The position numbers were made by a program, and so were the translations under genes. From Gonapodya sp. JEL0774 (taxonomy: Eukaryota): 64,000 nt of DNA. The notes below the pieces were generated by a model, which searched no databases, was not told the DNA's origin, and saw only the letters and a program-made list of their open reading frames with translations. Of this stretch, positions 1 to 11,342 are shown one piece after another. The DNA lies in contig JADIIX010000041.1 of the NCBI GenBank assembly GCA_027604505.1, forward strand, positions 62,001-126,000. Direction: 5' to 3'. Numbering within the stretch: the first letter of the stretch is position 1; the number at the start of each line of letters is the position of its first letter.

Positions 1-1031
1 GAGGAACCAGTTATTCTCTTCCCTCTCTCATTACTCACACTGAAGATGTCTCGGCAAAAAGCCGATGGCGCTTTCCCGTGTGTCCATCGGGATTCAAGAG
101 ACAACTGATTGAAAATGCAATCAGCGTCATCCAGCAATTCGACTGTATGTGAAACCTCACCAAGCCGCCACATCGCCGATATCCTGGCAAGCAATAAATG
201 GCAATATTGTGTTTGGAACACCCATGACGGCAACGACACCTAGAGTAAACACAAGCACACAAGTACTGTCTGGTAAGTGTTAACACAAGATTGCTCAATT
301 TCACCTACCATCCTTCACTCGGCGTCTCCCGTTGTATGTCACCAAATTCTCAGTAAAATAGCCAGGCTGCAAAAAAGTCCACCGATTGGGTAGCTTCATT
401 TCGATGTAACTATCAATAAGCTCTGGATTGCGGAATGGATGAGGTTTCATATAAAGTTTTAATATATTCGTGGGATGGGACCAACCATGCCATCCGATGT
501 GTTGCACGAACACACTCCGAGGTGGATCCGCTGTAAGATGAACGAAATGGGATACATCTGCCCGAGCGATCTTTATGTTTGATGATCATTCTTGGGTACA
601 GTTTGTTTGATTCGAACACATACCAGCACTCGCGGCAGCGTCGATGAACCATTTGGCCTGATGCATCATAGCAGCTGTATAGCCATTCATGAAAAACACG
701 GCATCGACCCCTTGATGAAGTGGACAGAACCATCTACAGATCGGAACAATACAACCCGAAGCCGAAAGTAACACACACCATTCAATACTTTCTTGAACGT
801 CCTCGGTTCATCCAAATCCAGCACTCTCCACTCATGCGCAAGTCCATCTGCAACGAGCCGTTCCGCCTTCTCCCTTGACCTGGCGGTTGCGATCACTTTG
901 ACCTTCCGACCATGAACTCGAAGAGACGGCTCCACAGAGAGACGAGACTGGAGATGCCGGAGACAGTAGGACCCGACAAGGCCAGTGCCACCGAGGACTA
1001 AAATCGCCCAAGATGGTTCGGGTGAAGTCAT
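1..1031 (-). CDS. NmrA-like NAD(P)-binding Rossmann protein, copy 1 (multi-exon; 3' end runs off window)
   Basis: ATG at 1031 (MTSPEPSWAILVLGGTGLVG, GxxGxxG motif). Later exons encode FFMNGYTAAMMHQAKWFIDAA, HIGWHG and WTFLQPGYFTEN. Near-identical to the upstream paralog. Confidence 0.8.
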
Positions 1032-1094
1032 GTCTATGTCGGAATATTTGGGGGACCCACACATGTGTCACCGCTGTCCAATATCAATACACTT

Positions 1095-2508
1095 TTAGAG
1101 CTTGGAAGTCGAGCTCATTTCAAACCAATGCTTGTTCTTTAAAGCCCAATCTGCTACCCGCAGTGGCTTACGTCCGCATATTCTCTCCACCACTTCAGGG
1201 AAAACGGGTGCCTGCTTTATCGGTCTCCCCCCCACAGCTTGTGACTGCTTGACTCTCTCTTCCAGTCCGGCCATTGTCACACCCATGAGATCTCGAATGC
1301 ATGCAAAATACGCCAAGCGACCACCGTCGCGAGGATCAGTTTCGAGTGCTTCGTTGTACGTTTCTTCTGCGCTAAGTGTCTTCACAGACAACTGCTTCTG
1401 AAGAACTCGCGAGATCGTCTTCAGCGCATCATTACTACGCAGAGCAAACGATCAATAGTCGAAGTCTTTCAAGGAGTTGAGCGAACACTCACATTGTCGA
1501 TACCTCAGTTAAAAGATGATGTGTCTTCCCAACGTGTGAGTTCGGATCCAAGAGACAACTAAAATCCAATTTCACGTGTTATTGTGATACTTAAATCTGC
1601 CCGAACAAACTGATCTCACCACGCCGCCACCTCCCCAATATCTTCGCATGCAATCCATTGAATAGGTGCATTGGGGTTGCCCAGTACAGTCACTAACCCT
1701 ACAAGAGAACACAAAGAGTCAGTCATCACTGCAAAAGGTGTCCTCCTGCCAGGTACTTACCGTCGTTTACTCGTTTCCTCCCATTGTAAGAAACAATATT
1801 CTCTGTAAAGTAACCAGGGGCAAGAAGGGTCCACTTGTTCGGAAGCTTAACTTGAATGTAAGAGTCGATAAGTTCTGAAATCCGCAATATATGTTATGCA
1901 GTTACTCCGAATTTGTCCGTTTTGGGCGTTTGAGAGCACACCCACCATGCCAGGCGATATGCCCCACAAACTGATTTTTTGGAACATCTGCAGAAAGGTG
2001 AACGAAGTGGGATACACCTGCAAAATCGATCTGTGTTTGGAGTTCCAACGATGTCGAATTGATACGACAACACACCAGCACCGGCGGCAGCATCAATGAA
2101 CCATTTGGCCTGTTGCATCATCGTGGCAGTGTAGCCATTCATGAAAAATACAGCATCGATCCCTTGAAGATATAAAGAGATACAATTGATAGGGCCATTT
2201 GCAAAGTTTAATGATCGGGACAAGACCACCCGAAAAGCCGGTTCGAAACACATGCCATTCAACACCGTTTTGAACGTCCGCGGTTGATCCAAATCCAGCA
2301 CTCTCCACTCGTGCGCAAGTCCATCTGCGACGAGCCGTTCCGCCTTCTCCCTTGACCTGGCAGTAGCCACAACTCTGACCTTGCGACCATGAACTCGAAG
2401 AGAGGGCCTCACGGAGAGACGAGACTGGAGATGCCGGAGACAATAAGACCCTACAAAGCCAGTTCCGCCAAGAACCAGAATCGTCCACGAAGGTTCTGAT
2501 GAATTCAT
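1095..2508 (-). CDS. NmrA-like NAD(P)-binding Rossmann protein, copy 2 (multi-exon)
   Basis: Starts MNSSEPSWTILVLGGTGFVG; contains FFMNGYTATMMQQAKWFIDAA and GVSHFVHLS; C-terminal VERICGRKPLRVADWALKNKHWF is typical of NmrA/atypical SDR C-termini. Confidence 0.82.
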
Positions 2509-2624
2509 TATATCCTCACTGACAGAATCAAGGTGTTACCATCCTCCCCATTCTTCTGTGGCCTCATCGCACTGGATATGTATGTTATTGTTGCATGTAT
2601 GCATATGCAGGTTACTGGAAATGA

Positions 2625-3813
2625 TTACGCAACGTTTCGGCCAATATAGATATAGTAAGGAATCCTTACGAAGGGCAGACCTAAATTCATCCATGGTGGG
2701 AAGCGCTGAGAAACACACTCATCCGTCGGGTGGAAAGTGAACGACAAAGATCCCACTCACCCATCCAAAGATTCCGGTAGCTCTTGCCCCAAACGCTCTT
2801 GAACTTCCACTGAACATAGATCCTACATGGATAGGAAGGTGCATATTCACAACAATCTTGGTGCTCTTCCAATAATGGAACACACACCTCCTTTCTGGGG
2901 CGAGGCTAATTCCGTCAACATCAAACCATGCCTGCCAGAAGTGCCTAAGGAACCAAGAAGTCAGGAGAGCTTTGTCCCCGGGAGTTGAAGCGTTGGACGA
3001 GGTGTAGAAATCGACGATTGCTGCAACCAACGGCGTCTCAGAGTCACAATATAAGAAGATATTGGTCCGCGCTTTTGCTTTATCACTCACAAAACAGACC
3101 GCCCTTTGTGAGAATGTTCGCAGCGATGTGATCAACCGGGGGATACGGGCTCTCGAACATAGACAAGGAGTATGACATTGTCACTAGGTGGACCTTCGTC
3201 TTTGGTGGCGGTTTCCATGTGCAACCGTCGGCGCAGATGACCTCGACAGAAACGCCAGGGGGTACCGCAGCAGGCTTCGCGAAACGCTCCCGAGCGACCG
3301 CACATAGGGAGGAAGAAAGGTCCACGCAATAAATTTTGGTGAAAACGGGTTTGGAGCGCGCGGTTTGAGTCTTCTTCATGTACTCGAGCAAATACTTTTG
3401 AGGCAACGCTGGAGCATCAACAACAGAATTCTGCTGTCACCACTAGGCAGAGAGTGTACGCACCGCAATATTATAGCCGGTGCCACCACCCATATCCACC
3501 CATACCCTCTCTTGCTCGTTTGAGAATTCATTCAGCGCTGCCTCACTTGCCCTCTCAAGCATCTCCTCGCGACCTTTCAACAAAACCACACGGGTAGCGT
3601 CATAGACCGAGGCCTGGCTGGAATAAAATTCATCAAGCTTGTCCTGGTGGCTCTTTTTCTTCTCTCCTTGAAATGTGTTGACGATGCCCCGGAAGACAGG
3701 CAAGAGGATGGCAGAAACTAAAAAGCTAATGATTCGGCATCAAAGACAGCGATTGCGCGACGGGTGATCCGACACTGGGTAGCGTACGTCCAGGCGTTCC
3801 TCAGAGCTTCCAT
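2625..3813 (-). CDS. SAM-dependent methyltransferase resembling the BtaB (methyltransferase) half of fungal betaine-lipid synthase Bta1
   Basis: Spliced exons give LDEFYSSQASVYDATR..LLKGREEML, WVDMGGGTGYNI (SAM motif I), YCVDLSSSLCAVARERF, LVTMSYSLSM, VDFY, FWQAWFDVDG, ending GIPYYIYIGRNVA-stop at 2625. Confidence 0.8.
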
Positions 3814-4053
3814 TCTTTAACTCAATCCGTTGGCTTGACAATTGTGAGAGAGTCCACAACCATGTGCGCTTCACCACTTGTTGAGTCCTTTTCCTGCACC
3901 TGATCTCCGGAACAATGGCTGCAACACCAACACATCAAAGAAGGGAGAAGGGGCATGAAAAAGAGTTCAGTCTTTCATTGCATGATACTTTGATTGATTT
4001 TTACTTCATTTAATCATCATCAATATAATATCAATTCTACGTAACGCGATATA

Positions 4054-5311
4054 TCATGACAAGTCCACAGTGTCAAACGCAGCCGGAGTCCGTCCTAACG
4101 CAACTTTCCGCCCATTCTCTGCAACTCCCAACATCGATTCGGAATCACCGCTCGAAAAAGTACCAAGCGAAATGGAGCTGGAATCTTCAAACAAACTTTC
4201 AGCGCGTGAAGGAGACGGTGTCGGGGGGAATCCAACGCGCTTTTTGGATATTCGGACACTCGATTCCTGCAACTCCGTAGTCTCTGCTGTCTCCCGCAAG
4301 GCCGCGTTCTCCCTCTCTAACTCAGCGATTCTCTCACGAAGGGCGGTGACTTCGGCGGCGGATGCTTGACTCGCTTGAGCTGTTTGAGTGGAGACAAGAA
4401 GCTCGGAAATGCGGTTCTGGAGATCTCGATTCTGTCGGGTGAGCTCTTCCATAGACAGAATGTGCTCGCGCACAACCTGACCAGCAGCGTGGTGTCCGAA
4501 TGAGCCAGATCCAATTCGAAGCGCCAGCCGAGCAGGAGGGCGTGGCATGGTAGCTGTAACTTCTCGTTGACGGTGCTTCGCTCGTTCCAACGCGAAGTTC
4601 TCAACCAACATTGCAATGTCCAAGTCTCCCAACCGTCTGGCTGCTTTCACCAGTGGAGCTGGGACGTCAGAGCTGTACTCCAACAGCTTCGAAATAATCC
4701 AAATGTTCGTATCCATAAATCGTTCCACCCACGACGACCGGGAAGAGACTTCCGGGGTGTCCAGGAGAATCCTCCCCCCCTTGTGATTCAGCCTGATTTT
4801 TCCCACTGCCAGCTGTTCCTCCCAGCCAACAATCCATTCCTTTCTGGCACTAGTCACCAGCATGCCCGTCCTAAGAGCTAAGGCGAGTGCTGAAGGGAAG
4901 TATAATCGGGCCAACCACCGCTCCCGCCATGCAGTTCGGGTCCAGTTGTTTGTGAACTTTGAAACCTTCCACTCGATTTCTAGATTGGGATCCGCTGAGA
5001 AATTCCGAACCGTCAACAATTTGTGATACCAGATTTGGTCTGCTTCATCCTGTGTACTCACCTCCGGCGGATAAGAGCTCAGTCACCAAGGCAGGCTTCC
5101 CATGAATGATTGCTAAGGCTAGCGCCGACTCTCCCGGTGCAGTGTCCGTTTCCGTAAAGCTACCTAGGAGGCCATCCCGAACTTCGCATGAAAGAATGAC
5201 CAACTTCCTTGCATTTGGTGAGGCACCCGACATGAGCGCAGTTCGCACCGCTTCCAGAGACCCAGATTCCACAGCGGAGATAAGTTCCGCATCTGCGTCT
5301 GAAGGTGTCAT
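4054..5311 (-). CDS. Ankyrin-repeat protein with C-terminal coiled coil (2 exons: 5311-5062, 4994-4054)
   Basis: LISAVESGSLEAVRTALMSGASPN and GESALALAIIHGKPALVTELLSAG|ADPN are ankyrin-like repeats. Heptad region LTRQNRDLQNRISEL..LRERIAELERENAALRE. Confidence 0.75.
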
Positions 5312-5571
5312 GTAGAAGCGGACGATGGGGTCGGGTCCAGGAAACTGAAACCTGTTGCGGAATTGTGGCTGCCGCCGGACAGGCCCTACACGGCATGGTC
5401 GGCAACAATGAAAACCAGAGCAACAACCATGCGCCTTCAAGCGAATATTCTCTTCAACGAATACATAAAGGTGCCAAAACATAGGTAGGCAGACCTATTT
5501 ACATACAATCATGCAAAACTTCTGGTCCGGACATCCCGAACGCTGAACGAGAGCTCTCCAAGGTCCAACTA

Positions 5572-7317
5572 CTATGTATACGAGGTGCTCTGGTACTGAC
5601 TCCATACATATGCCAGTCCGGTCCACTTTCGGATCAAAGTTTTCGCATCGGGTTTAACGTAGGGTTCTCTGCTCCCTGCGAACGCAACAATCGCATCGTC
5701 CGTAGTGGCGCTGCCAAAGTTGTTCCCCATCACACCGTCATCAAAATCATCGTCTCCGACTTCTGCGGTTGTGTCTGGAATATCATCTCCCTGAGTATCC
5801 GGTGGCGGCGCTTCGACATGTTGGGGACTGGAAGCGGGAGGTTCAAGAGTGCCGTCCTCCTGCTTCACGAGCCCACCACCCAAGGCACCATCATCCCCAT
5901 TGGTCTGAAGTGCCGTTCCTGTAACAGAGGAATTCGACAGTTCCCAGAAATTCTTGTCCGAAAGTCTCTTTTCATAGAGTCTGACACTCAAGGGCACGTC
6001 CCCTTCTTCATCATCCGAAAGCTCCAAAAGACGGGGCTTCTTGAGCCCCACCGGTGCGATCGGTGAAATATGCGAGTCCAAATTGTAATCCCCCACGTCA
6101 TCATCGATCAAAGGGACCACATCAAACTCGTCGCTGACTTCCCCCCTTTCCAGTAGCCGGACTTTTTGAGGTGATGTCGGGACCGTGGCAAAAGTCTTGC
6201 GCTTGTGAGGGTGACCGTGTGCGGCCTCGTCCCCTTCACGAGGCCTCTTTGGAGGGTGTCCTGATCCCGTAGACCGTTCAGGAGGAGGCACATGCCTCGG
6301 TGACGATGGCAACGTTGATTTTGAATGAGACGTGGTCGTCCGCGGACGGTCCGGTGCTCTCGGGCTCTGATGTGTCTTTGGGGTTGTCGTGCCTGAGCGT
6401 GGTTTTACGGGAGATAATCCGTGCTCCTTGTCTGTAGCCCCCTTGCTCGTCCTTTTGAGTTTGGAAGTGCTCGCGTCGTCGGGTTTGCCCACCGGTGACT
6501 CCTCGATGATAACAGTCGTCGTGACCGGAGTCCCCTCGCCCCGTTTTTGCAGCTTCCTTTCCATAACTCGAGCTTCGAAGGAGTTAATCAAGCCCTTTTC
6601 CTTGATGAAATCCTGACACAGGTAAGAGTCGCACCACATGAGCTCCCTCCACTCTCACTCGCAACTCTGCGACATTCCAAACAACACCAAACACATTACC
6701 TCCTTTTCCCACGTCTATACCGAGAGAATTGCAAAACTGTGAGGGAGGTGCCGGCCGACCGCGCCGAGAGTCACGTCGGAACAACTCGACTCACATCGTC
6801 AAACTGGAGCCCTTTGGGCGCGTTCCACCTGACATAATACCAGTCGGGATTCCTCCTCTTGAGAATCTTTCGCGCCGACCGCCTCGCCCAGTCCCTGTCG
6901 AAGGCTTCCCGAGCTTCCTCGCCAATGTTCTCCGCGGGCTCCCAGCTGTCCGGCCACGGGTTGCCATCCTGGGGTGAGGTACATCGTGGGCCGTTGCAAA
7001 GACCGAGTCGTTAAGAGAGAGATGGGGACTCGTAAGTTTGGAACTGCAGTTCCCGTAGCACGTGTAGTGTCGAGCAATTTCCACCTTGTCCACCCCACTC
7101 CACTTGATCTTATACGCGCGCGATATGTCTCCCGGATTCTCGTACCCGTACGCTTTTATATAATCGAATGCCCTTTTTTGAGATATGTTTGAGGTGGATG
7201 AGGTGGGTGGAGGTTGAGGGTTGAGTTCGGTACTGTCTGTCTGCCGACACCACACACCCCCTCAGCTCACCAATCCGTCTGTCCGTTCGGGTCGATGCTT
7301 TCGTTGTCCGATGACAT
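5572..7317 (-). CDS. Protein with two tandem chromodomain-like modules followed by a long disordered tail (5 exons)
   Basis: In-phase GT-AG splicing yields WAFDYIKA..AYKIKWSGVDK|DGNPWPDSWEPAENIG and ARKILKRR..YYVRWNAPKGLQFDD|TWEKE|DFIKEKGLINSFE, both matching the chromodomain pattern Y-x-V/I-K/R-W...(S/T)WE. The remainder is S/T/P/K-rich, then acidic. Confidence 0.7.
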
Positions 7318-7627
7318 GATACGCGGTGTAGGGGGGGAGACGAAGGAAGGTTGGATCGTCGGATGAGAATGGGAAGTTCGATGTTTGCAGGGGCTGACGG
7401 GCAGGTGCCCATTCATCCCCACAGTCCCCGCGCATCCTCTTGTCGTCATCTGCACGATACAAATATTTAATTATCGTTCACCCCATACACATCACCCCAT
7501 ACACAGACTTCATTAAACATACGAAATAGCAAAGCGTCCCTCTGACCCAATCGCACGCACCGCAGGCTCGTCCCCGTTAACCCCCGGACTTACCACTTGA
7601 TCAGCGGCGGACGTGCCAGGTCACATC

Positions 7628-10010
7628 CTACACCCTCGCGTCTAGCCACCCCACCACATCGTCGATCATCCTACGTGGGGGAATATCGAAGAAGAAAAGA
7701 AAGAAAGAAAGAAAGAAAACGGGGAGACGCAGATATGAACCACCATCGACCCCCTCAGACCCAGACTCAGTCCCAGCCCCCACGCCCCACCCACCTCTCG
7801 GCAATCCACTCCGCCGGCAAATCATGCTGCACACCACCGGTATACACAATCTTCTCCCTATCCACCCTGACCTTGTTGGCCCTGTCCGGATCTCCCACGA
7901 ACGCTCCGGCCCCCGCCGCGTACGCCGCGTGGGCCGACGAGACCGCCGCGACCCGGTCGGCGTCCCCGTGGAGATACAGCACGCGCAGGTGGGCCGACGG
8001 GTCCCGCGGGCCCACGGGGAGTGGTTCCGTGTCGGTCCCGGTGGAGGTGGACATCCCCCGCGCCACGAGTGCGAACGCGTCGAGGAGGGCCATGCCGGTT
8101 CCCAGGCGGATCTTACCCGTGTAAGCCATAGGGTCGTCGTCGAAGAGGCGTTGGGCGTCGGGGTTGGAGGTGCTTTTGCCATTGTTGGCTTCTGCGTAGG
8201 GTAAAGGTGCCAGGGAAGGGAAGGTGGTGAGCAGCAGGGTGCCCAGGGAGACGATCCAGGGGGGCGGGAGGACTTCGGGGTTCACGATGAGGGCGGCGGC
8301 TTGGAGGATGAGGAGGATGGGGGGACGGGGGGTGGTGGTGGCGGAGTCGGGTGGAGGGGATGTCAGGAGACTGATGGGGACCCGGTGACCGTGTGGGTGG
8401 TGCGTGCATGCGTCCGTGCGTTGTGAGTAGTATTGTGGCGGTCGTGCGGTTGGTGGGAAGGTGCCCGAGTCAGTGTACACATAGGGACGGTCACAAGAAA
8501 CCAACACAACACTCTACGTCAGCGCTCGTTTGTCCCTCCACCCCGCCCGCCCCCGCAGTACCCTCCCACAAGCCCCAGCACCCGGCCCCCCCACCTCCTC
8601 CACCGCCACAACCCAAACGGACGTGTCCACTGCCTACTCACGCTCGAGTGTGGAGGAACGCGCAGAGCCCGCCCAACGAGGCGCCCCAGTAGGCGAGCAG
8701 GCCGCTAATCGAGCGGGGCACGGTGGTGGTGGTCGAGGGGGAGGGGGGTTGGTCGATGTAGGTGCGTCGGAGGGAGGATTCGACTGGGGGGAAGTGGGTG
8801 GTGGAGGGTGAAGAGGGAGGGGGACAGGGGGGAGTGAGTATGGCGGGACGGTGGGATGGCGGGACGGTGCGGTTTGTCGGGTTTGTCCGCTTTTTCCCGA
8901 CAAACCTGCCGGCACTGACGAACGGGCACCACGCAACCCACGCCACCGCCACCATTAGTGAGTACCATGGGCACCACGCACCGTGTCATCCGGCCACCGC
9001 TTCACTAGGCGAACGCGACCATGGCGCGCAATGCCAGCAAGCACGTCCCATTACACCCACCACGGGATGATGGGACCACCACTGCTACCACATCCACCAC
9101 TTGACCCACGCCTCCACGCCCAACTCGCCCACTCCACTCCCACCACCCCCACTGCCCGCACCAAGCGGCCCCATCTCACCATTCGCCACCGCATGGAGCA
9201 GCTCCTGCATGGTGAACAAAGCGTGGATCCCGTCGCTGCGTCCGTGTCCAGGCAGGTCGATGGCGTGGACGCGGTACCCGGCGTCAAGGATGGCGCGGAG
9301 GCCGCGGTTGGGTTGGCGGCCAGAGTAGTCTTTGATGCCGTGGATGTAGAGGATGTCGGCTGGGGGGGAGGGGAGAGGGGGAGAGGGGGGGCAGTTGTGA
9401 GTACGGTGTCGGGTGAGGGTCTTGATTTGGCGAAGCGCGGGGCGACTCGACACGAAAATCCGTAAAAGCACATAAAACACCTTTTCATGTCTGTGCATAC
9501 TCGTACCGAACACACGTGATCACGACCACGATCCCGACCACGGGCCCTGAACTGGGCTCTGGACCCCCGCACGGCGCATCATCGCATTTGCTTTTCAGAG
9601 GTGAGCAGCGCGGTGTGATGGGAGCAGTGGAGGCGGGGCGGGAGAGTGGAGCGAGGTAAACTCACCTTTTGGCACTGAGCCGATTCTTGACCAGGATTGC
9701 CAGTAGACCCAGCCCGTGAGGTCGGAGGCCGCGAGGGGGACGGTGTTTTTTGCCCAGTGGTGGTCAGTGTGGTAAGGAGGGAAGTGGAGTGAGCTGTGAG
9801 GGGGGAGAAGGAGGGGAGGGGAGGGAAGGAGGATAAGGGAGGGAATAGGGATGAGTGAGGGGGGGAATGGAGCGCGAGAGGGAGCGAGGGAATGGGGGTG
9901 GCCACCAACCGTTCAGCGATGTTGAAAGGGACAAAGCGTCTGCCGTACGACAGATCGGGTGCGGATGGGGACGGCGGGGAGGGCGAGTCTGGAGGGAATG
10001 GCAGATCCAT
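7628..10010 (-). CDS. Alpha/beta hydrolase, monoglyceride lipase/lysophospholipase-like (Hydrolase_4), multi-exon
   Basis: ILYIHGIKDYSGR, AIDLPGHGRSDG, nucleophile motif WGASLGG, DDPMAYTGKIRLGTG, LYLHGDADRV (Asp), GGVQHDL (His), final exon MIDDVVGWLDARV-stop. Internal exon boundaries are uncertain. Confidence 0.78.
7687..7718 (+). repeat. (GAAA)n/(GAA)n microsatellite in the last intron of the hydrolase gene
   Basis: gaagaagaaaagaaagaaagaaagaaagaaaa is directly visible. Confidence 0.7.
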
Positions 10011-10044
10011 CGTGGGGTGGGGGGGGGGGTGGAATAGGGGGAAT

Positions 10045-10054
10045 NNNNNNNNNN
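10045..10054. other. Assembly gap (10 N)
   Basis: Run of n characters flanked by G/C homopolymer-rich sequence. Confidence 1.
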
Positions 10055-11342
10055 GCTCCCGCTCGCCCGCCCTCGGCCGCGGCCCGGCCGGCGCCGCCCC
10101 TCGCCGCCCACCCCCGCGCCCCCCCCCCGCCCGCGGCGGCGGCGCCCGAACGCGGGGGAATGGAGGGTGTGGGGAATGCGAGGGGCCCAGACGACGGCAG
10201 AGAGCGCGCCCTTTGCAATGTGGGCAGGCAAATTCAAATTCACGCTCTGTTATCACAGAGTGAATTGAGTCAAAGGTTGGTTTGAAGGGGGGTGACGTGG
10301 AACTTGCAGTGAGAGTGACTTCGTGTGTTCTCGGAGAAACATTCACAGCACCGCATTCGCCTGAATTCACACTCTGAATACATACGCACCCTAAGTCGTG
10401 CCCGCTACTGGCATTCGCAGCGGTAGCGCGGACGAGGATTTTTTGCTCAGAATGAATAAATGATCAGTGAAAGAGAAGATGTATTGTATTTAACAGTGAG
10501 AGGAAACAATGCCAGATCTGTTTTCTAGCGATAACAATTTCCTCTGCTGTAGTCAAGATTGGTAGTTGTTCACATTCAATCACTTATAATTGAATTGATT
10601 CAAGTCGAATATGTTCTGAAAGGCTGGTCACCGAAAAACTTCAAAGGAATCGAATCCACTGACAATCGCTGGCACAAAATACTTACTGTAAATGTCGCCC
10701 TCTCTGCCGCCAGTATTATTCGATAGTCTACAATGGCTAGATATTATTGAGAACGACCACGAAAACCTCAATTCTCTGTCGGCTAAACCGTTTGATCCTA
10801 AGAATACCTTCTTGGGCACCTCTTCCATTGTCTGGGTTGGAGATCGTCCGGTTCGTGCCAGACAGTACCCGGAGCATTTTTGTGGTTCCTGGCTTCGGTA
10901 CAAACCACCTTGGTGTGCATGCTTAAAGGCTCGGGAACTCACCCCTCCCCCTGGACTGGTTGGGCAGTACACACGCGCCGATTCTTTTGACTTCGCGGAT
11001 GTAGGTTGATTCCCATTTTCCATCTGTTGCTTGAGCCTCGCGATTGCGTTTGGGAATAATGGCATGTTTATGTTGGAATACAGTAATGACGTGGACAAAA
11101 TATTTCTTTCACCGAGTGTAGTTCCGAACACACGAGCAAGATAGACACAACGGAAACACGGCAGACTCATCAAGCACACCTGCACTCAATTCGCCCTGTG
11201 TGCCGCAGCACTTCCACTCCGCAGCAGCTGAGAACTGCGCACATTTGCACAGCATCCGATACCGACGACCAGCGACAGAAGCAACAGAGCAGAGCAGAGC
11301 ATCGAAAGCGATCGACGCAGCAGAGTCCGCGCACTGGATCCG

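Noticed and set aside
5572..7317. Chromovirus (Ty3/gypsy) origin for the chromodomains
   Set aside because: No integrase, RT or LTR sequence seen nearby, and the gene has ordinary spliceosomal introns.
10055..10160. Almost pure G/C stretch beside the gap, giving Gly/Arg/Pro-rich ORFs
   Set aside because: Probably low-quality contig-end sequence; ORFs crossing the Ns are not credible.
10628..11185. Overlapping ORFs of 185 aa (minus) and 105 aa (plus) upstream of the bHLH gene
   Set aside because: No recognisable motif or consistent splice model. A small gene cannot be excluded.
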